A stretch of DNA of 64,000 bases from a virus: positions 1 through 64,000 of IMG/VR virus record IMGVR_UViG_3300028024_000105; one strand, 5' to 3'. The translations under genes were made by a program, and so were the position numbers. Below are positions 1-9,211 of this stretch, piece after piece (position 1 is the stretch's first letter; each line of letters begins with the position of its first letter). A model generated the notes under the pieces. That model was not told where the DNA came from, searched no databases, and worked only from the letters and a program-made list of their open reading frames with translations.

Positions 1-8
1 CCGACGAG

Positions 9-350
9 ATGTTGGCCCGCCACTCCTTCGAGCACCTGTCGATCACAGAGGCGCGCTCGGCGCTCGTCAACCTGAACACGGTCATGAAGCTGGGCGGCGA
101 GCTGGTGCTCGACGTTCCGGATCACGAGGAGACGCTGCGGCTCTACCGTGAGACCGGCGACGAGTTTTACGTCCGCCACCTGCTCGGCCCGCGCCGCAAC
201 GACTACGGCTACCACTGCATGTCGTTCACCCCGGAACGGCTCACGACCCTGGTTCAGGAGTACGGCTTCGAGTTCAAGCAGTCGGAGCCCAACATCCACA
301 TCTACCCGGCCATCTGCCTGCGCTTCGTGAAGCTCGGAAATTCGAAATAG
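9..350 (+). CDS. SAM-dependent methyltransferase, C-terminal part (probably runs off the window start)
   Basis: HSFEHL...LKLGGELVLDVPD pattern typical of Methyltransf_11-like proteins in glycan loci. Confidence 0.6.
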   Translation: MLARHSFEHLSITEARSALVNLNTVMKLGGELVLDVPDHEETLRLYRETGDEFYVRHLLGPRRNDYGYHCMSFTPERLTTLVQEYGFEFKQSEPNIHIYPAICLRFVKLGNSK

Positions 351-375
351 TTTCGGCCGGGCGTCCTACGAATCA

Positions 376-1074
376 ATGAGTGCGCCACTTCTAAGCATTG
401 TGGTCGGAACGCTGGACCGCCCCGATCAGATCAAAGCGTGCATCCAGTCGGTGATCGCCCACACCGACATCCCCTACGAGCTGATCATCACGGACGCAGG
501 GCGGCGACCCATCGCTCTCGAGCCCCACCCTGACGAGATCAAGCTGATTCGGGAGTGGCCGCGCGAGGGGCACGCGAAGGGCTACAACAAGGCGTTCCGG
601 TCGGCCAAGGGCAAGTACGTCTGCTGGCTGAACGACGACGCCCGCTGCACCCCGGGCTGGGCGCGCACGGCCGCCGCGTTCATGGAAGACAACGCCTGGT
701 GCGGGCTCGGCGCTTTCTATTACTCCGAGCACGGCTGCTGCTACCACGTGAACTTCTACAAGGACCTGATCTACGCGAACTTCGGGATGATCTCGCGTGC
801 GTTCGGGGACGAGATCGAGTGGTTCGACGAGTGCGTGCGCATGTACGGCGCCGACAACTCGCTGACCTTCAAGACGATCCTAGCCGGACGCGGCGTCTGC
901 GGCATACCCGGCGCCAAGCTCCAGCACCTGCCGGTCATGGATCAGCAGCGCATGGAGAACGTCGCGGGCCAGAAGGCCGACGAGCGGAACCTGCTCGTCA
1001 AGTACGGCCCCTACATCCAGAAGATGCAGGACATGATGGCCCGGTACCCCACGACACCACTTCGAACCCACTAA
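376..1074 (+). CDS. Glycosyltransferase family 2
   Basis: LSIVVGT..R, ELIITDAG, YNKAFRSAKGKYVCWLNDD (DXD-like motif). Confidence 0.85.
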   Translation: MSAPLLSIVVGTLDRPDQIKACIQSVIAHTDIPYELIITDAGRRPIALEPHPDEIKLIREWPREGHAKGYNKAFRSAKGKYVCWLNDDARCTPGWARTAAAFMEDNAWCGLGAFYYSEHGCCYHVNFYKDLIYANFGMISRAFGDEIEWFDECVRMYGADNSLTFKTILAGRGVCGIPGAKLQHLPVMDQQRMENVAGQKADERNLLVKYGPYIQKMQDMMARYPTTPLRTH

Positions 1075-1085
1075 CCCGAGGAAGT

Positions 1086-1490
1086 ATGAACATTTCCAAG
1101 CTGCCCGTCACGACCCACGCCACCCCCGCACGCGGAGACCTGTCGGTGGTGAACGCCAACGAGATCCCGTTCGATGTCAAGCGGGTCTTCTGGATCTCTC
1201 GGATGCCCGTGCTCGCGCGCCGGGGTGGCCACGCGCATCGAGAGGGGCACCAGTTCCTGATCGTACCGCACGGCTCCATCCAGATCGTCGCCTGCGGGCC
1301 GGGCATGGTGAAGACCAAGTTCAACCTGGCGCGGCCGGAAGAGGCTCTCTACGTGCCCCCGCTCCACTGGCTGGAGATCACGAACACGAACGCCAAGACC
1401 GCGCTGGTGGTCCTGGCTTCCAACGAGTACAGCGAGAAGGACTACATCCGTGACTTCGCCCAGTTCCAAGAAATGGCTCGTTCCGTATAA
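1086..1490 (+). CDS. FdtA/WxcM-like dTDP-4-keto-6-deoxyhexose 3,4-ketoisomerase (cupin)
   Basis: RGDLSV..IPFDVKRVF..RGGHAH..LYVPPLHW..LVVLAS..Y...DYIRD; ATG at 1086 within the 555..1490 frame. Confidence 0.85.
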   Translation: MNISKLPVTTHATPARGDLSVVNANEIPFDVKRVFWISRMPVLARRGGHAHREGHQFLIVPHGSIQIVACGPGMVKTKFNLARPEEALYVPPLHWLEITNTNAKTALVVLASNEYSEKDYIRDFAQFQEMARSV

Positions 1491-2562
1491 CGATCTCCGG
1501 CCGCAGCTCCTTCACGAGCGCCGCGAGATCCTGAGCGCGGTCGAACGCGTCCTGCTCTCTGGGTCCCTGGTCATGGGGCAGGAGTGCGAGGCGTTCGAGC
1601 AGGAGTTGGCAAAGAAGTACGGCTACAAGCGCGCCGTCGGCGTCGCCAGCGGGACGGACGCTCTCGAGCTGGCGCTGCGATGCTTCGCTCGCGGCGGGGA
1701 CGTCCTGACCGTCGCCAACAGCGCCCCGGCCACGGTCGCAGCCATCATCCGGGCCGGATGCAAGCCGGTCTTCTGCGAAGTGGACGTGCGCGGCCTGATG
1801 AATCCGAAGCTGCTGGGCCACTTCCTCACCAAGGACACGAAGGCCATCGTTCCGGTCGATCTGTACGGACAGTGGTGCGACCGCCGGGCAATCGTCGAAT
1901 TCGCGAAGCAGCACAAGCTCAGGGTGATCGAGGACGCTGCGCAGGCGTACGGATCGGGGCACTTTCCGGCTGATCTGCCGGATGCCATGTGCTTCAGCTT
2001 CTATCCCACCAAGGCACTGGGCGCCCTGGGCGACGGTGGCGCCGTGCTCACGAACGACCCGGACGCCGAGACCAACATGCGCGAGCTGCGGTTCTACGGG
2101 ATCGCCGACCGCAAGTCCCTCTTCCAGATCCAGATGGGATTCAATTCCCGCCTGGACGAAGTGCAGGCCGCCATCCTTCGTGGCCGAGCGATGCACGTGC
2201 TCGAGGCTCGTGCACAGCGCTGCGGCATCGCGCAGAGATACGACGAGGACCTGCCCCAAGCGTTCCTGTCGCACGGCTACGACTGCAACCTGAACTACCA
2301 CATCTTCGACATCCACGTGCCAAACCGGGACTGGTTCCAGATGAAGCTGCGCGAGCTGGGGGTCGACACCACCGTCCACTATCCGGTCCCGGCGCATCGG
2401 CAGGTCCCGACGGAGGTCAAGGAACGCGTGTTGCCGATGACCGAACGGTTCTGCGCCACCACGCTGTCTCTGCCGTGCTGGTCCGGCATGACCGACGAAC
2501 AAGTCCAGCTCGTGATCGACAGCGTCTGCGAAGTGGCCGAAGTCAAGGAGCCCAAGTCGTGA
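1450..2562 (+). CDS. DegT/DnrJ/EryC1/StrS PLP sugar aminotransferase (FdtB-like)
   Basis: ASGTDALELAL, IVPVDLYG, IEDAAQA, FSFYPTKALGALGDGG, NSRLDEVQAA. Confidence 0.93.
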   Translation: MTSPSSKKWLVPYNDLRPQLLHERREILSAVERVLLSGSLVMGQECEAFEQELAKKYGYKRAVGVASGTDALELALRCFARGGDVLTVANSAPATVAAIIRAGCKPVFCEVDVRGLMNPKLLGHFLTKDTKAIVPVDLYGQWCDRRAIVEFAKQHKLRVIEDAAQAYGSGHFPADLPDAMCFSFYPTKALGALGDGGAVLTNDPDAETNMRELRFYGIADRKSLFQIQMGFNSRLDEVQAAILRGRAMHVLEARAQRCGIAQRYDEDLPQAFLSHGYDCNLNYHIFDIHVPNRDWFQMKLRELGVDTTVHYPVPAHRQVPTEVKERVLPMTERFCATTLSLPCWSGMTDEQVQLVIDSVCEVAEVKEPKS

Positions 2563-3611
2563 AGATCGCCTTCATCGACACCTACTACCCGCCGGTTCTG
2601 GCCAAGGCCGTGAACGACAGCTATCGCGCGCGGCTCTGGGATCTGCTCGGCAGGTACTTCGGGACGTCCTTCTTCTACTCCGAGGCGTTTCGCGTCTTCG
2701 GCTGGGATGTCCTGGACATCATCGCCAACGACGACGTCGGCCGCCAGTTGTGGTGCAAGGAGATGGGGATCGACTACAACACCAACGAAGTGTCGGTCGT
2801 CGACCAGCTCGTGATCTTCGAGCCCGACATCGTCTACTGCCAAGACCTGAACTTCTTCCCGGCCGCCATGATCCGAGAGCTGAAGCGGAAGTACGGGTGG
2901 AGGTTCGTGGCACAGCATTCCTGTCCGTGGGCCGGGGACGCTCAGGTGAGGGCGTTCGACCTAGTCTTCACGTCGTTCCCGCATTATGTCGGTCGGATCG
3001 CCGCGCTCGGCGTGCACGCTGGCTTCCTGCCCATCGCGTTCGGCCATCAGGTGCTGGATCACGTCGAGCCGATCCGCCGGGACATTAAGGTCTCATTCGT
3101 GGGCGGCCTGAACGGCGACCGTGGGCACTGGAGCGCGGGCACCGAGATGATGGAGCGCATCGCCGAAGAAGTCCCGGGCTTCAAGTGGTGGGGCTACTTC
3201 ATCGGTGACAGCTCGAAGCATCCCGCGCTCGTCAAGACGTATCAGGGCGAGGCGTGGGGGCTCGACATGTACAAGGTGTACGCCCGCAGCGAGATGGTCG
3301 TGAACCGTCACGGTGAAGTGGCCGAAGGCTACTCGAACAACATGCGGATGTTCGAGACGACCGGCTGCGGTGCGCTGCTCCTGACCGAGGCATCCAAGAA
3401 CCTGGACACCTACTTCCGACCCGGGGTCGAGTGCCTGGCCTACCGCGAGCCCGGCGAACTGATCGACGTCATCAACAAGGCTCTCCTCTGGAGTCCCGAC
3501 CTGGTCGCCCAGATCGCGGAGGCGGGGCAGGCCCGCACCATGTCCGAGCACACCTACGAGCGCCGTCTGCACGCCATCGAGCCGATTCTCCGCTCGATGC
3601 GCGGAGATTAG
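2559..3611 (+). CDS. Glycosyltransferase (Glyco_trans_1_2/CgeB-like)
   Basis: VSFVG, NMRMFETTGCGALLLTE, AEAGQARTMSEHTY..R; GTG overlaps the upstream stop. Confidence 0.8.
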   Translation: MKIAFIDTYYPPVLAKAVNDSYRARLWDLLGRYFGTSFFYSEAFRVFGWDVLDIIANDDVGRQLWCKEMGIDYNTNEVSVVDQLVIFEPDIVYCQDLNFFPAAMIRELKRKYGWRFVAQHSCPWAGDAQVRAFDLVFTSFPHYVGRIAALGVHAGFLPIAFGHQVLDHVEPIRRDIKVSFVGGLNGDRGHWSAGTEMMERIAEEVPGFKWWGYFIGDSSKHPALVKTYQGEAWGLDMYKVYARSEMVVNRHGEVAEGYSNNMRMFETTGCGALLLTEASKNLDTYFRPGVECLAYREPGELIDVINKALLWSPDLVAQIAEAGQARTMSEHTYERRLHAIEPILRSMRGD

Positions 3612-3665
3612 GTCCACTATTCTCCGCAGCGTCGATCATTCCTTTGTACCCGCGTCCTACAGAAC

Positions 3666-4571
3666 GTGAGGCATTACTGCACGCTCTTCAACATGGCGTA
3701 TGCGGCCAAGGGGCTCGCGCTCTACCAGAGCCTCGACCGCCACTCCGTCGATCCCTGGACGCTCCATGTCCTGCCGATGGATCGGAAGACCTACGACTTC
3801 CTCTGCTTCATGAAGCTGTCCGGGTACGGGAACATGGTTCTGCTGGACCCGGACGAGGTCATGAACGGCCAGTTCTCGAACTCGGTGCGCGGGCGAGACA
3901 TCGCCTACACCTGCTTCTCGGCGACCCCGTGGTTGATGCGGGTCGTGGCAGGCTGGAATCTATTGGAAGAGATCACGTATCTGGACTCCGATCTCTACTT
4001 CTTCTCGGACCCGATGAAAATCCATCGGCAGATCAACTTCGACAAGGACGTCGCCATCGTCCCGCATCGGTTCCTGAAGCACGACGTCGAACGTCTCCGA
4101 CCGAGCGGACAATTCAACGTCTCGTGGGTCACGATCAGAACTGACGGCGGCACGGGCAGGCGCATCCTGAACCAGTGGACGGAGCAGGTTCTCGCCAAGT
4201 GCGACCGCGAATCTTGCGGCGACCAGAAGTACCTCGACACCTGGCCCGACCAGCTCCACAAGAGGCTGCACATCCTCGAGGACCACGGCATCGGTGTGGC
4301 GCCGTGGAACGCGGACCGCTACAAGTTCGTGCCGGGTCCCGGGATCTTCAACACGGACCTGCCCTCGCAAGACCGCCCCGAGCCCGTCGTGTTCTACCAC
4401 TTCCACGAGCTGAAGCGGCGCGGACCCAACGACTACTACCTGACCGGCTACAAGCTGCCGGACGCCTGTGTCGACCTGATCTACAAACCCTACCTCGAGC
4501 AGCTCGAAGGCTTCGAGAAGATCATCGAGGAGTATCAGAGGAGCAGACCATGCTTAAAGTTTACTACCTGA
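3666..4571 (+). CDS. Putative GT-A glycosyltransferase
   Basis: YCTLF..Y..KGLALY.SL, ITYLDSDLYFF, DQKYLD.WP, VAPWN, FYHFH. Confidence 0.75.
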   Translation: MRHYCTLFNMAYAAKGLALYQSLDRHSVDPWTLHVLPMDRKTYDFLCFMKLSGYGNMVLLDPDEVMNGQFSNSVRGRDIAYTCFSATPWLMRVVAGWNLLEEITYLDSDLYFFSDPMKIHRQINFDKDVAIVPHRFLKHDVERLRPSGQFNVSWVTIRTDGGTGRRILNQWTEQVLAKCDRESCGDQKYLDTWPDQLHKRLHILEDHGIGVAPWNADRYKFVPGPGIFNTDLPSQDRPEPVVFYHFHELKRRGPNDYYLTGYKLPDACVDLIYKPYLEQLEGFEKIIEEYQRSRPCLKFTT

Positions 4572-5494
4572 CCGCCGAGCAGCTCGCGACCGTGGGCTAT
4601 CACAAGATCGACCCGATGCGCTTCAACAACGTGCAGGAAGTCGCGAGCGCCGAAGAGGCCGACCTGGTCGTCATCCCTCTGCCGCTCCGCGACATCATCG
4701 ACGGCAACGGAACCGGCGTGTTCCTCGACAACGAGGGGCTGGCCCGGATCATCAAGGCGTTCAACCTGGACGAGCGGCGCGTCACTGCCTACGACTGCAG
4801 CGACTGGTACGAGGACTACGAGCTGCACCCGAACTGCCTCTTCATCCGCTGCAACACCAAGAAGTGGTACCTACAGAAGATGCCGCGCACGATCTCGTGG
4901 CCGTGGCCGGTCGAGAACTGGGCCGAGGTTGTGCCGTTGCCGCCGGGCGGCTTCAAGTACGACGTCAGCGGCCACATGTGGATGTCCAGCCACGTCCGGC
5001 AGTCCGCCTGCGACAGCGTCAAGGCGACGTTCGGCGACCGCGCCGACATCGTCACCCGGAAGGAGTTCTGGGGCTACCTCGAGTACCAGAAGCCCGAGGA
5101 AGCCATGGCGATGAAGGCGGCCATGAAGCGGTCGATGCAGGAGAGCCGGATCGCGCTCTGCCCGTCGTCGATCCACGGCGTGTTCCCGTATCGCTTCTTC
5201 GAGGCACTGTCGTCGGGCCGGGTCCCGGCCCTGTTCTGCACGGACCACGTGTTCCCCTGGGAGAACAAGATCGACTACAGCTCCTGCTGCGCGCTCTTCC
5301 GCGAAGAGGACGCCCCAAACGCCGGTCGACTGATCAAGGAGTGGCTGTCGAAGCACTCCGACGAGGAGATCATCGAGATGGGCAAGCGGGGCCGGGCCTA
5401 CTGGGAGCAGTGGCTCGACCGGTCGAAGTTCGAGGATCTGAAGACCGTCGCCGTCGAGGAAGCTCTCGGGCGCGACGGCCTGTTGAGGTCGTAG
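4550..5494 (+). CDS. Exostosin/GT47-like glycosyltransferase
   Basis: C-terminal SRIALCP...YRFFEALSSGRVP...PWENKIDY pattern. Confidence 0.7.
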   Translation: MLKVYYLTAEQLATVGYHKIDPMRFNNVQEVASAEEADLVVIPLPLRDIIDGNGTGVFLDNEGLARIIKAFNLDERRVTAYDCSDWYEDYELHPNCLFIRCNTKKWYLQKMPRTISWPWPVENWAEVVPLPPGGFKYDVSGHMWMSSHVRQSACDSVKATFGDRADIVTRKEFWGYLEYQKPEEAMAMKAAMKRSMQESRIALCPSSIHGVFPYRFFEALSSGRVPALFCTDHVFPWENKIDYSSCCALFREEDAPNAGRLIKEWLSKHSDEEIIEMGKRGRAYWEQWLDRSKFEDLKTVAVEEALGRDGLLRS

Positions 5495-5495
5495 C

Positions 5496-5684
5496 ATGCC
5501 CGCGCTTCCGCACACCGGCAGGCGCGACTGCTGGTGCGAGCCGAAGGTCGCCCAGAACTGTCCCATCTGCAAGGGCAGCACGGCGAACCCGGCATGCTCG
5601 CGGTGTGATGGCAAGGGCATCGTCCCGCCCTACGACGACGGCTCCGTTCTCGTGATTCACCGGAAGAATCGAATCCGGAGATAG
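5496..5684 (+). CDS. Small Cys-rich (Zn-finger-like) protein
   Basis: CWCEP and two CxxCxG motifs; tightly packed in the operon. Confidence 0.55.
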   Translation: MPALPHTGRRDCWCEPKVAQNCPICKGSTANPACSRCDGKGIVPPYDDGSVLVIHRKNRIRR

Positions 5685-5698
5685 GGGTCCAAGTGAAC

Positions 5699-6421
5699 GT
5701 GCACATCATCGTTCCCTCGTGCGCGGCCTACTCCGACGCATGGATTCCCTTCTTCACATTCCTCTACCGGTTCTGGCCTGGATGTCCGTATCCCGTCACG
5801 CTCGTGACGGACACCGTGCCACCCGAGCTGCGCGATTACGAACCGGCCAAGCCGACCGGCCTGCACGTCGTGGGCGCCGACAAGGGCTGGTGCAAGAACT
5901 TCCTATACGCCATCCAAGCCATCAAGCAGCAGCCCGAGTTCGTCCTCATGCTTCAAGAGGACTTCTGGTTGTCGGCGCCGCCGGACACGACCTACATCGA
6001 GCGCGCGCTGATGATCATGCGCGGAGATCCAACAGTCGCGTGCTTCCGGATCTACCCGTGCCCCGGCGCGGACAAGTACATCGGCTGGGCCGATCACGGC
6101 GAGATCAGCCTGGACGCGGCGTACCGCGTGAGCTGTCAAGCCGGGATCTGGAGGACCAGCGAGCTGGTGAAGATCCTGGAGCGCCTCGACACTCCGGCCG
6201 ACTTCGAGATCAAGGGTACGGAGTTCTTCAGGACCGAGCGCCCGGCTGCGCGATTCCTCTCGGTCAACCGCACGGAAGACCCCAACGCGTGGCCCTTCCA
6301 GTACATCTGCACGGCCATCGTACGAGGCCAATGGCTACCCGGTGCCCTCGAGTTCGCGCACTCCCAAGGGGTGCCCGTGGACATGTCGAGACGTTCCGTC
6401 ATGCGCGGTCCAAGTGTGTAG
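5699..6421 (+). CDS. Putative glycosyltransferase-related protein
   Basis: SC..YSDAW.PFF...FWP, VLMLQEDFW, AIVRGQW; GTG lies 5 nt after GTCCAAG (alternative start 5693). Confidence 0.65.
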   Translation: MHIIVPSCAAYSDAWIPFFTFLYRFWPGCPYPVTLVTDTVPPELRDYEPAKPTGLHVVGADKGWCKNFLYAIQAIKQQPEFVLMLQEDFWLSAPPDTTYIERALMIMRGDPTVACFRIYPCPGADKYIGWADHGEISLDAAYRVSCQAGIWRTSELVKILERLDTPADFEIKGTEFFRTERPAARFLSVNRTEDPNAWPFQYICTAIVRGQWLPGALEFAHSQGVPVDMSRRSVMRGPSV

Positions 6422-6439
6422 TTGGAAGGCAGTTACCCG

Positions 6440-6691
6440 ATGACCGACAGCGAAAAACTCGACAAGCTGAGAGCCGAGGTCGCAGAGATCAAGGGCAGTA
6501 TCAACACCCTCGCGGCCATGCACGGCAACACAGCCGCGCAGGTCTCCAAGCTCGAAGGCCGGGTATGGGGTCTGCTTGTGGCAGTTCTGGGCGCCTTCGG
6601 CACCGCCATCCTCTCCCTAGTCATGGCCAAGTCCAACCTCTCACACGTAGCATCCGCCGCGCGCGAAGTGCTCGCGGCCTTGATTCAGTAA
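6440..6691 (+). CDS. Coiled-coil plus single-TM membrane protein (holin/XhlA-like)
   Basis: Heptad pattern followed by hydrophobic VWGLLVAVLGAFGTAILSLV; GGAAGG SD. Confidence 0.55.
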   Translation: MTDSEKLDKLRAEVAEIKGSINTLAAMHGNTAAQVSKLEGRVWGLLVAVLGAFGTAILSLVMAKSNLSHVASAAREVLAALIQ

Positions 6692-6703
6692 CCGGAGTAT
6701 CCC

Positions 6704-7189
6704 ATGAAGAAGTTCAATTGGCTCGTCGCGCTCGTCCTGTGTCTCGGCCTTTCCGTCCTGGGCGGCTGCGCCTTCGCACGACAGGTCGGGGATTTCCTGA
6801 CCGGGCATACGCCCGCCGTCGTCGACGACCCGAACACTCCCGAGGACGAGTCGCATCCGTCGGAAGACGTCCCTCCCGGGACGGCGCCGCTGGATCTGGT
6901 CTTCAAGGTGCTGGGCACCATCTTTCCCTTCCTCGCGGGCGGCGGCGGCCTGAGCGCCACGATTCGCTGGGTCTGGGTTGAGGCCCGGAAGCGCAACCTC
7001 GAAGGTATGTTCAAGTCCGTGGTCGTCGGCATCAAGGACGCCGTCGACGAGGCCAAGAACGGCAAGCTGGACAAGGCCGCCCTCTACGAATCCATTCAGG
7101 GCGCCCGAGACCTGTTCGCCAACCGCGACCTGTTCGACAAGATGGTCGACGAGATCAAGACGCTGCGGGACAAAGAGAATGGCGTCTAA
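6704..7189 (+). CDS. Predicted lipoprotein/membrane protein
   Basis: MKK, hydrophobic stretch, LGGC lipobox; second hydrophobic segment; GGAG SD. Confidence 0.6.
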   Translation: MKKFNWLVALVLCLGLSVLGGCAFARQVGDFLTGHTPAVVDDPNTPEDESHPSEDVPPGTAPLDLVFKVLGTIFPFLAGGGGLSATIRWVWVEARKRNLEGMFKSVVVGIKDAVDEAKNGKLDKAALYESIQGARDLFANRDLFDKMVDEIKTLRDKENGV

Positions 7190-7628
7190 GGTCAACGGGA
7201 CCTGGCGCGACTCTCTCGGCGAGAACGCCGAGTTCTGGCGCTGCTCTCGCGGAACCATCTTCTGCGGAGGCCAGTACCGGCCGAAGCTCGGGCTGTGCAC
7301 GAATTGCCGCACAGCCCGATACCACCAGCGGAAGGGAAAAGCGCTTCGCCGCCACGTGTTCAGCATCGTTCATCATCGAAGCGGCCGGACGAGACGATTC
7401 AATGGCGGTGGAGTGGTGAAGATCATCTACCTGCCTTCGCTCTTTCAAAGCAGGAGACGTATAGAAATGTCGTACGCGCGCGTCCTACATGAAAGAGTGA
7501 CGCGTACGACATTGCCTGCTTCCCAATCCGTAGTGGTTCTGAGCAACAAGCCACTGCCCGAGTTCTACGATCTCCTGGTAGTCCCCACCGGCTGCGCATC
7601 CGAGCGCAGCCCGAGCAACATCCTGTAG
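7179..7628 (+). CDS. Hypothetical Cys-rich basic protein
   Basis: ATG overlaps upstream gene end; 3' third doubtful because it overlaps a promoter motif at 7481. Confidence 0.35.
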   Translation: MASKVNGTWRDSLGENAEFWRCSRGTIFCGGQYRPKLGLCTNCRTARYHQRKGKALRRHVFSIVHHRSGRTRRFNGGGVVKIIYLPSLFQSRRRIEMSYARVLHERVTRTTLPASQSVVVLSNKPLPEFYDLLVVPTGCASERSPSNIL

Positions 7629-7657
7629 TTCGCCCACCTACCCGAAGGGAGCCCACC

Positions 7658-8560
7658 TTGAAGTGTCTTGAGCTTTTCATCGAGCCCAGCAAGAAGGATT
7701 CCGAGATCACCATCGACATCGGGTCCTGCCTGCATTTCGGCCACACCTGTCACGAGCGCGAGATGACGCTGGCGCTCTTCGACGAAGTCCAGAACACGGC
7801 CGACAGGTACTTCTGGTCGCTCGGCGACAATCAGGACAACGGGACGAAGAACTCGCCCGGCGCGTCGGTGTACGAGCAGACGCACAACCCCAAGGAACAA
7901 CTGATCCTGTCGACCGCCATGTACCGGCCGCTGGTCAAGGCGAACAAGGTCCTGATGTTCCAGAACTCGAACCACTCCGGCCGCATCTTCAAGGACACGG
8001 GCTTCATCTCCTCCGAGGAAGCCATGTACCGGTTGCTGACCGGCGAATCAGTCACCAAGAAGGACTGGAAGATCATCGAGCGCTACGCGGTAGGCGGCTT
8101 CCAAGGAGCCGAAGCCATGACGGCGGCGAAGTACATCGCCGACCTGGCCGGGGAGATCCCCGAGCCCCGCTCCACGCGTCCCCTCTGGGGCGGTTGGCAG
8201 GCGATGACCAAGGTCCATGTCGGCAAGCAGGTCTACGTGATCCACTCGATGCACGGCGAGGGCGCGGGCGTGGCCCACTCCAGCGCGCTCCAGTCCGTCA
8301 TCAAGCAGCAGGAGATCGCGGGCGCCGACATCTACATCCGGGGCCATCACCACAAGCGCGTCCTGGCGGATGCCAACGTCGGCGAGTTCACGTCGCACGG
8401 CAAGGACGCCAACTTCAAGCGGGTCGGCTACCTGACCACGGGCTGTATGCTCGGCTACCACAACTCGTACGGCGAGGCCAAGGGCTATCGGCCGACCTGT
8501 CCCGGCATGTCCCGCCTGCACCTGTCCTCCACGGAGAAGAAGTTCCGCCTGTCGATGTAA
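7658..8560 (+). CDS. Calcineurin-like metallophosphoesterase
   Basis: LHFG, LGD..D, SNH, HG, GHHH motifs; TTG start after AAGGGAG. Confidence 0.75.
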   Translation: MKCLELFIEPSKKDSEITIDIGSCLHFGHTCHEREMTLALFDEVQNTADRYFWSLGDNQDNGTKNSPGASVYEQTHNPKEQLILSTAMYRPLVKANKVLMFQNSNHSGRIFKDTGFISSEEAMYRLLTGESVTKKDWKIIERYAVGGFQGAEAMTAAKYIADLAGEIPEPRSTRPLWGGWQAMTKVHVGKQVYVIHSMHGEGAGVAHSSALQSVIKQQEIAGADIYIRGHHHKRVLADANVGEFTSHGKDANFKRVGYLTTGCMLGYHNSYGEAKGYRPTCPGMSRLHLSSTEKKFRLSM

Positions 8561-8671
8561 TCCTGCGCCGGGCGGGGATCTGATTCGCCGACCAGAGCGT
8601 TCAGCGTGGCGCGCGTGCGATGACGGTCACCAAGCCAAGATCCCAACCCGGCGCCTTTGAGAAGTGAGACC

Positions 8672-9211
8672 ATGGGAAGCAAAACCATCCGCCAGTGCAA
8701 CGTCTGCAACATGGCCTGCGACGGCGCGGTCAGCGAGTTCTGCAGCGAAACCTGCCGCATGAGCGCCATGGCCGCCGATTCCTTCGGCGACGCCATCAAG
8801 AAGCAGAAGCCGACGTCCGACAACCGGATCTACTTCTACGACTTCGCCTTCGGGGACCTGTGCGACCTGTTCTCCACGTACCTGATCCGGCGCATCCGGA
8901 CCAAGGACATCGTGAAGCAGCGCATCGTCGACCGAGCGTTGGAGAAGCTGGAGCGGGCGGTCCTGACCAAGCTGAACCGATACTCTCCAATCCCGCCGAT
9001 CCGCGTGAACATCTCGAACTCCCTGAAGCGCCTGGTCTCGCTCAACACCCGGATCTGGCTCTGGCGCGACGAGTTCTACTCGGCCGAGAGCGTCCCGGCC
9101 GAGGCGTGGAAGTCGTACAAGGCGCTCTATCGCGCGCGCGATGCCGCGCGGCAGGAGCTGGACATGCTGGTCGAAGGCCACACCATGACCGAGAAGGGCT
9201 ATGACAAGTAA
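8672..9211 (+). CDS. Hypothetical protein, N-terminal CxxC/CSxxC finger plus helical domain
   Basis: CNVC...FCSETC; coding-like codon usage; overlaps the fcl start. Confidence 0.55.
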   Translation: MGSKTIRQCNVCNMACDGAVSEFCSETCRMSAMAADSFGDAIKKQKPTSDNRIYFYDFAFGDLCDLFSTYLIRRIRTKDIVKQRIVDRALEKLERAVLTKLNRYSPIPPIRVNISNSLKRLVSLNTRIWLWRDEFYSAESVPAEAWKSYKALYRARDAARQELDMLVEGHTMTEKGYDK